DNA from: Candidatus Hadarchaeales archaeon
GTDB taxonomy: Archaea; Hadarchaeota; Hadarchaeia; Hadarchaeales; Hadarchaeaceae
DNA length: 32,000 nt
Reading direction: 5' to 3'
Assembly (NCBI GenBank): GCA_038823825.1
Contig: JAWBCC010000001.1
Coordinates: forward strand, 210,001-242,000
The notes below the pieces were generated by a model, which saw only the letters and a list, made by a program, of their open reading frames with translations, was not told where the DNA came from and ran no database searches. Of this stretch, positions 26,170 through 32,000 are shown in pieces (within the stretch, counting starts at the first letter, position 1; every line of letters begins with the position of its first letter). The position numbers and the translations under genes were made by a program.

Positions 26170-27745
26170 TTTGCCGTTTGATGTCGGAAAGTTGCGTGAA
26201 CTTGCGGAGAAGGATTTCAGGAAGGCTTGGGAAGAAAGCGCGAACCTTGTCAGGAAATCGGGCAGGGTTTTCGAGCTCCAACCTAGCGGAAAGCCAAACC
26301 CACTCTTCGAACTTGTACAAAGATTCAGACAGGCTCTGATTAGACTTGGTTTCAGGGAGATGATTGTCCCGATTATCGTCGACAAGCGTGAGGTCTATAA
26401 GCAATACGGATCGGAGGCGCCGATAATATTGGACAGGGTTTTCTTCCTCGCAACGCTTGAGCGTCCTGACATTGGAATCGGGAAGAAAAAGATAGAGGAG
26501 ATAAGGAGCTTTCTTCCATCGTTCAACAAGGTTGAGAAGCTTCAGGAAATTTTTAGGAGGTATAAGCTGGGGGAGATTCCTGCGGACGACCTGATAGAAA
26601 CGATTTCGAGCGAGCTTTCGATTTCCGATGCGGAGGCGGAGAAAATTTTATCACTCTTTTCTGAGCTGAGAGATCTTAAACCTGTTCCTGGCGATCTCAC
26701 GCTGCGCTCGCATACGACGGCCGGCTGGTTCGGGATACTCGCAGAGCTCTACCGGAGAGAGTCTCTTCCAATCCAGCTCTTTCACGTCGGGCCAAAGTTC
26801 AGGAGAGAACAAAGACTCGATGAAACGCATCTGTATGAGTCTTGGACGGCGTCAGTTGTCGTGATGGCGAAGGAGATAACGCTGGAAGATGGAATGGAGA
26901 TAACAAGGAGAATCTTTGCCGAAGTTGGGTATCCGCGTGTTGAGATGAAGATCAAAAAGTCGACTTCGCGTTATTACGCTCCCGGGACGGAATTCGAAGT
27001 CTTCCTAGAACATAAGTCTGGTCCTGTTGAGGTTGGGGATGGAGGGCTTTACAGTCCGGTTGCTCTGGCGAACTACGGGATACCGTATCCGGTTTTCAAT
27101 TTGGGAATCGGGCTTGAACGTCTTCTCATGATCGAGACGGGGGAAACGGATATACGCAGGCTGGTTTATCCGTATCTCTACACACCTGTTGTTCTTTCCG
27201 ATGAAGAGATAGCGAAGATGATTCACATGGTGGAGATTCCTAAAACAGAGGTCGGGAGAAAGATCGCCGAAAATTTGTTTGAGATAGCGAAAAAATATGC
27301 CGATGCTCCCAGTCCGTGCGGATTTCTTGTCTTCGAGGGTGAAATCGGCGGGAGACGGGTGAGCGTTAAGCTTGTGGAACCGGAGGAGAATAAAAAGCTC
27401 GTGGGACCCGCAGGTTTTAACGAAATCTTTGTTTATGACGGAAACATCATAGCGGTTCCGCCAACTGGCTGGGAGGAAAAAGAATTCGTCAGAGTAGTCA
27501 GGGAGAAGGGGATCTCGACTGGGATAAAGTTCATGTCGGCTTTTGCAAACTTGGTCGGAAGGAGAGCGGAGGAAGCCGTTGAGAGTGGGGAGAAAATGGT
27601 GGAGGTTCAGATTAAAAATGTGAAGCTGCCATCGGACATAAATTTGGAGATAGAAGAGCCCGCGAGGAACTTTATAACATCGAACAAGAAGAGGGTGGAT
27701 GTTCGCGGTCCCTTCTTCACAACGGCCGTGATAGAGGTGGAGTGA
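26162..27745 (+). CDS. sepS: O-phosphoserine--tRNA(Cys) ligase (SepRS)
   Basis: KPNPLFELVQRFRQALIRLGFREMIVPIIVDKREVYKQYGSEAPIILDRVFFLATLERPDIGIGKKK, LTLRSHTTAGWFGILAELYRRESLPIQLFHVGPKFRREQRLDETHLYESWTASVVV, NLGIGLERLLMI. Confidence 0.93.
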   Translation: MVSLPFDVGKLRELAEKDFRKAWEESANLVRKSGRVFELQPSGKPNPLFELVQRFRQALIRLGFREMIVPIIVDKREVYKQYGSEAPIILDRVFFLATLERPDIGIGKKKIEEIRSFLPSFNKVEKLQEIFRRYKLGEIPADDLIETISSELSISDAEAEKILSLFSELRDLKPVPGDLTLRSHTTAGWFGILAELYRRESLPIQLFHVGPKFRREQRLDETHLYESWTASVVVMAKEITLEDGMEITRRIFAEVGYPRVEMKIKKSTSRYYAPGTEFEVFLEHKSGPVEVGDGGLYSPVALANYGIPYPVFNLGIGLERLLMIETGETDIRRLVYPYLYTPVVLSDEEIAKMIHMVEIPKTEVGRKIAENLFEIAKKYADAPSPCGFLVFEGEIGGRRVSVKLVEPEENKKLVGPAGFNEIFVYDGNIIAVPPTGWEEKEFVRVVREKGISTGIKFMSAFANLVGRRAEEAVESGEKMVEVQIKNVKLPSDINLEIEEPARNFITSNKKRVDVRGPFFTTAVIEVE

Positions 27746-28593
27746 TGATTTCTGAGAGGGAGTTCCGCGCCTGTATTGTCGAACTTGTAAAAAAAGCTGA
27801 AACTAGAGCCCCTCAAGACGTGCGGAAAGCTCTTCAGAGGTGTGTGAGGATCGAGCGTTCAAGGGTTGCGAGGCTGCAGCTCGAGATGATGCTGGAGAAT
27901 CTAAAGCTGGCTGAAAAGAAGGAAGCACCAATATGTCAGGATACTGGAGTTCTCTCCTTTTTCGTTCGTGTTGGGGAGAGGCTTGATTTTGATGTTGCTC
28001 GTTCAATCGGTGCAGCGGTTCTAGAGGCGGAGGAAAAGGTACCTCTGAGGATGAGTGCCGTGGATCCGCTGAGCCGTGTGGCGATTTCTGGAGGTGTGTG
28101 GTCTGTCAACATAGAACCAGCAGATGAGGGGCTTGAAGTGGCTTTGCTTGTTAAGGGTGCCGGAACGGAGAACTTTTCAAAACTTTTCATGTTTTCACCA
28201 TCGAATGGCTTGGAAAAGGTAGAGGCGCAACTTTTGGAAGTCTTGCGGGAGGCTGGTGGTAAAATCTGTCCTCCCGTTATCGTTGGTGTCGGAATCGGGG
28301 GTGATGCTTCTCGCGCGATCCTGTTATCGAGACGAGCGCTCCTCAGGCGGTTGGATGTGAGAAATCCGGATCGAAGACTTGCGAAGTTGGAAAGATCGTT
28401 AACTGAAAGGACGAACTTGTTGAGAATTGGTCCGATGGGTCTTGGTGGAGTTTGTACTGTTCTCGGTGTGAAGATCGAAACCGCTCCGACTCACACGGCA
28501 TGTTTTCCTATTGCGTTTTCCTTCCAGTGCTGGCCGGGGAGAAGGGGACTGGCTAGGCTTGTTGACGGAAGGATGGAGGTGATAGAGCCTTGA
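27745..28593 (+). CDS. Class I fumarate hydratase, alpha (N-terminal) subunit
   Basis: KLAEKKEAPICQDTGVLSFFVRVGE, PPVIVGVGIGGDASRAILLSRRALLR, GVCTVLGVKIETAPTHTACFPIAFSFQCWPGRRG. Confidence 0.9.
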   Translation: MISEREFRACIVELVKKAETRAPQDVRKALQRCVRIERSRVARLQLEMMLENLKLAEKKEAPICQDTGVLSFFVRVGERLDFDVARSIGAAVLEAEEKVPLRMSAVDPLSRVAISGGVWSVNIEPADEGLEVALLVKGAGTENFSKLFMFSPSNGLEKVEAQLLEVLREAGGKICPPVIVGVGIGGDASRAILLSRRALLRRLDVRNPDRRLAKLERSLTERTNLLRIGPMGLGGVCTVLGVKIETAPTHTACFPIAFSFQCWPGRRGLARLVDGRMEVIEP

Positions 28594-29129
28594 AAATCCT
28601 TCATCCTCCGGTAACTCTAAGAGATATATCCAAGCTTCGTGCTGGAGATCTCGTGAAAATTTCTGGGAGAATTTTCACGGCGAGAGACAAGGCATATGTG
28701 AGGGTCGTTCAATCGGGTAAGGCGCCTGTTGACATGAGAGGGGGCGTGGTGTATCATTGTGGTCCGCTTGTTGTCAGACATGAGGAAAAATATGAGGTTA
28801 TCTCCGCAGGGCCGACAACGAGTTCTAGGATGGACGAAATTCAGGAAAGGTTTCTGCGAATCACCGGAGTAAAGGTTTTGATTGGCAAGGGAGGTGTTGG
28901 GGAAAAAATTGCCGCCAGACTTCCCGAGCTTGGATGTGTTTATCTCTCATTTCCAGGGGGCGCCGGGGTGCTTGCTGCCGGATTTGTTGAAGAGGTCGAG
29001 GAGGTAATCTGGGAAGATCTGGGGCCAGCCGAGGCCATTTGGGTCTTAAGAGTCAAGGATTTTCCTTGTGTAGTAGCTATAGACATACACGGCAAAAATC
29101 TCTACACTGGGAGAATGAAAAGAAAATAA
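28590..29129 (+). CDS. Class I fumarate hydratase, beta (C-terminal) subunit
   Basis: LRAGDLVKISGRIFTARDKAYVRVVQSG...GGVVYHCGPLVVRHEEKYEVISAGPTTSSRMDEIQERFLRITGVKVLIGKGGVG. Overlaps the upstream gene by 4 nt. Confidence 0.9.
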   Translation: MKILHPPVTLRDISKLRAGDLVKISGRIFTARDKAYVRVVQSGKAPVDMRGGVVYHCGPLVVRHEEKYEVISAGPTTSSRMDEIQERFLRITGVKVLIGKGGVGEKIAARLPELGCVYLSFPGGAGVLAAGFVEEVEEVIWEDLGPAEAIWVLRVKDFPCVVAIDIHGKNLYTGRMKRK

Positions 29130-29146
29130 AAAAGAAAAAAAGGCTA

Positions 29147-29171
29147 GAGGGCCGGTTTTAAATCGACCCTC
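29147..29171. terminator. Candidate hairpin between convergent genes
   Basis: gagggccggtt-tta-aatcgaccctc forms an 11-position stem with one C-A mismatch and one G-U pair. It sits between fumarate hydratase beta (+) and the surface-protein stop codon (-). Confidence 0.35.
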
Positions 29172-32000
29172 AGGCTCTCCTGAAGATAGCGATTGCGGCC
29201 AGGATCAGTGCGATGATGACGATGACGATTGCGTAAGTTGCCCATGGTGTAACAGTCTTTGTGATTATAGCAGCGTCGGAGCCGGAGTTGCCTACCAGGT
29301 CCGTGGCGGTTATAGTTATCTGGTTCTTACCCTCGGCCAGCGGGATGCTTGCCGTGAACTTGCCTGTAGTTCTGTCAAGGTTCACGGAAGCGCCAGCCGG
29401 GCTAACCGTCACGGTGATGTCGTCGTAGGTCTCCCACTCGTCGATTGTGATTGTTCCTTCGATGACGACGGAGCTCTGACCAGTCTTCATGTTCTTATAC
29501 TTCGCATCGATTGTCACTCTTGGCGCGCTGGCATCGTATAGCAGATAACCGTAGCTAGTGCGGGATGTGCTGACGTTTCCTGCGACGTCGATCGTTTCGG
29601 TCAGGACTTCGACGACTTTACCCTGGTATTGGCTGATGTCAATGATGATCGTCCAGCGGTTGTCGCTGCCGGCTGTTGTGGAACCCAGAACAACTCCAGA
29701 CTGGATGAGTTGGCCGGTTCTGAAGTTGTAGAGGTTGGCTAGCACTCTCACGGTCGCACCAGCCTCCGCGGTTCCGGAGATGGTGTAGGAGAATCTCCTC
29801 GACCTCTCCGGGGATTCCTTCGTGGTTCCCACGTACTGTGTGGTCGTGAGAACCGGCGCGGAAGGTGGTGTTATGTCGACCGTGAAGCGCAGGACAACCT
29901 TTGTTCTCTGAGCTCCCTTACCGTAGTTCGAGAACATACTGTCTCCGGCAATTGCAACGATCTCGTACGTTCCCTCTGGCAGGCAGATAGTGTTTTCTAG
30001 AACGTAGGCTAGGAAGACGTTCGGTACGGCGTTTTCAACGTTCTCCTCAACGGGGTAGATCTTCGGGAGGAGAACGAAGTTGTCTGCTGGCAGAACTCCC
30101 TTGTTATCGATAGCTTTCAGGACGACGACATAACCGTTGTCAAGGTTCTCGTTTTCGAAGAGGTCTGGCCAGTTGAGCTTATTCTCTATTCCCAGAACCT
30201 CGTCGCTGAAGGTCACTTTGATCACCAAGACGTTTTCGTTGGCGTAACCTCCGTCAGAGATGCTCTCCCCTGAGACGTTCTCTTTTACTTCTACTGTCAC
30301 ATTTGGAGCACGTGTGTCGACGACCAAGTTGTCGATGCTTTCTTCACCGATATTTCCGGCCTTGTCGATTATTCTTGCCGCGATCTTGTGTTTGCCGTCC
30401 GGAATAGTAAGCTCAAAGCTTACCAGTCCGGTCCAGTCCGCAACTCCACTGGCGACTACTTCGTTGTCCAATAGGACCTCGAGCTTCAGGCCTTCAGGTG
30501 TGTAGCCCGATGGTGTGAACACTAGGTTATCATCGGTATCGGAGAGAGTTACGTTGACCACGTAGTCGTTCTTGTTCTCGATGCCTACGGACAGTCCAAT
30601 ACCAGTCAGACTGGGAGCTATCGGTCTGCGTCTGTCGACGAATATCTTGTCAGCGAAGATGGCAACAGTATTCTCGTTCCCGAGCACATCTTTTGCCTTG
30701 TTTACTCTCACGGTTATGTAACCGTCGTTGTCCCAGTAATCCGTGTTCTCGGTTGTGTAGACTCCAGTCCACTCGGTGTTGTCTTCGTTCGGTGTAAGGG
30801 TGAGCAGCCTGGGAGCCATTCCGTTCTCCCAGATTTCTACGTTTTCGAAGGTGAACGATTCATTGCCCTTCAGCTTGATTGTCACGTTTTCGCTTCCGCC
30901 CACCCAGCTCTTGTCAACCTCGAGGGTGAGCACTGGCGGGTTACTGTCGACCTCAACTGAGGTAGTCCAGTTTCTGGCAAGATTTGTCGTATCCGTTGTT
31001 GTCACTGTGAAGTTGTAAAGACCGCTTGAAGTTGCTGACTCTACGGCGATCTTGAAGGTCACGGTTGAGCCGGGAGCGATTTGACCACCGGTCCACTCTA
31101 CATAGGTTGCCGCACTACTCGCGGACCATCCGCTCGGGATGTTCTCCACGGTTGCGGCGCTAACATCGAGTTCCTGACCCTTTTTTCTTATGACCACTGT
31201 GTTGTCTGAGACTCTGATTATTTCGAATGTTGTTGCTCTAGTGAGCTGTACCAAGGTACCAGCGGGTATGACAACTTCGTTGTCAATCAATTGTAGACTG
31301 CGCCCGCTGGGCAAGGTCCAGTTCATCACGTTCTGTGGTCTGTCTGTCACCAGAGTCACAGCATTGTCCTTTATGACCGCGGTTATGTCTGTAGCCGGTT
31401 TCACTGCGTTGTCGGACAATTTGATGTTCATATCGCCAACAGTTCTAAGCTTTGCATTCTCTGGAAGCATTACGATACTGGGACCGGTTTTGATCGCCAA
31501 AATGTCTTGATCCACAACTAGAGCCGTGCCGACGGGGTAACCAAAGCTTACGTCTTTGGCAACCTCAAAGTTTTCCCAGTCAACATTCTCTGTGAAAGTT
31601 CCTCCGCTAGCAGCGATTTTGACCTCGACGTCTTCAAGTAACTGCGTCTGTCCAAGTGGAGGCACCCAAACCCACTTGTTCTCCTTCACGATGACCACGG
31701 TGTTCTCCGGCAGGAAGATATTGTCGTTCTCGATCAGAAGCACGGTGGTTCCTGCGGGGATGTATACAACGTTATCAGCTGCAACAACGCATACATTGTT
31801 CTCCTTTGGAATCCGCACGACCGGGTATGGTTTTGACCATCCAGACGGAATGGTGACTCTCACTTTGCTGATGGCATGCACGCTATCTCCAGAGTTTGTT
31901 ACTGTGACGTCGAGAATCACGTTTTCTCCGCCACGGACTCTGCTTGGTGTGATCGAGATTGTTGCTGTGTGCGCTGCGCTGGTGAAACTCGTCGAAAGAA
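29170..32000 (-). CDS. Large cell-surface/S-layer-like protein with Ig-like modules and C-terminal TM anchor (5' end beyond window)
   Basis: Frame stays open to the window edge (LSTSFTSAAHTATISITPSRVRGGENVILDVTVTNSGDS...). Multiple beta/Ig-like modules (VDSNPPVLTLEVDKSWVGGSENVTIKL, VVDTRAPNVTVEV, VDITPPSAPVL, YDASAPRVTIDAKY), many N-x-S/T sequons, and terminal WATYAIVIVIIALILAAIAIFRRA*. Confidence 0.85.
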   Translation of the reverse strand, partial: LSTSFTSAAHTATISITPSRVRGGENVILDVTVTNSGDSVHAISKVRVTIPSGWSKPYPVVRIPKENNVCVVAADNVVYIPAGTTVLLIENDNIFLPENTVVIVKENKWVWVPPLGQTQLLEDVEVKIAASGGTFTENVDWENFEVAKDVSFGYPVGTALVVDQDILAIKTGPSIVMLPENAKLRTVGDMNIKLSDNAVKPATDITAVIKDNAVTLVTDRPQNVMNWTLPSGRSLQLIDNEVVIPAGTLVQLTRATTFEIIRVSDNTVVIRKKGQELDVSAATVENIPSGWSASSAATYVEWTGGQIAPGSTVTFKIAVESATSSGLYNFTVTTTDTTNLARNWTTSVEVDSNPPVLTLEVDKSWVGGSENVTIKLKGNESFTFENVEIWENGMAPRLLTLTPNEDNTEWTGVYTTENTDYWDNDGYITVRVNKAKDVLGNENTVAIFADKIFVDRRRPIAPSLTGIGLSVGIENKNDYVVNVTLSDTDDNLVFTPSGYTPEGLKLEVLLDNEVVASGVADWTGLVSFELTIPDGKHKIAARIIDKAGNIGEESIDNLVVDTRAPNVTVEVKENVSGESISDGGYANENVLVIKVTFSDEVLGIENKLNWPDLFENENLDNGYVVVLKAIDNKGVLPADNFVLLPKIYPVEENVENAVPNVFLAYVLENTICLPEGTYEIVAIAGDSMFSNYGKGAQRTKVVLRFTVDITPPSAPVLTTTQYVGTTKESPERSRRFSYTISGTAEAGATVRVLANLYNFRTGQLIQSGVVLGSTTAGSDNRWTIIIDISQYQGKVVEVLTETIDVAGNVSTSRTSYGYLLYDASAPRVTIDAKYKNMKTGQSSVVIEGTITIDEWETYDDITVTVSPAGASVNLDRTTGKFTASIPLAEGKNQITITATDLVGNSGSDAAIITKTVTPWATYAIVIVIIALILAAIAIFRRA

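Overview
This 32 kb window is archaeal. The evidence is an EF-1alpha gene, the proteasome alpha/SBDS/Rrp4-Rrp41-Rrp42/L37Ae/Brix/Pcc1/prefoldin-beta superoperon, 4-demethylwyosine synthase, SepRS, archaeal DtdA, a TIP49 (RuvBL) homologue and an intron-containing tRNA-Asn. Most of the window is conserved housekeeping sequence. The clearest accessory element is a two-gene, translationally coupled minus-strand cassette at 9669-15730. It encodes a large Eco57I/type-IIG-like N6-adenine DNA methyltransferase followed by a PLD-nuclease-SNF2-helicase fusion. The cassette sits 10 bp beyond a tRNA-Gly(GCC) gene and in front of the proteasome/exosome operon. It looks like a compact restriction or defence system, related in its parts to DISARM DrmD/DrmMI and type ISP enzymes but with a different layout. 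Secondary points of interest are a cluster combining a secreted or membrane coiled-coil protein, a 58-aa two-TM miniprotein and a membrane-anchored winged-helix protein (23056-25089); a hairpin and AT-rich leader in front of that cluster; a 76-nt overprint between pcc1 and prefoldin beta; the tRNA-Asn intron; and a large Ig/beta-repeat surface protein at the right edge. All calls come from reading motifs and protein sequence; no database search was run.
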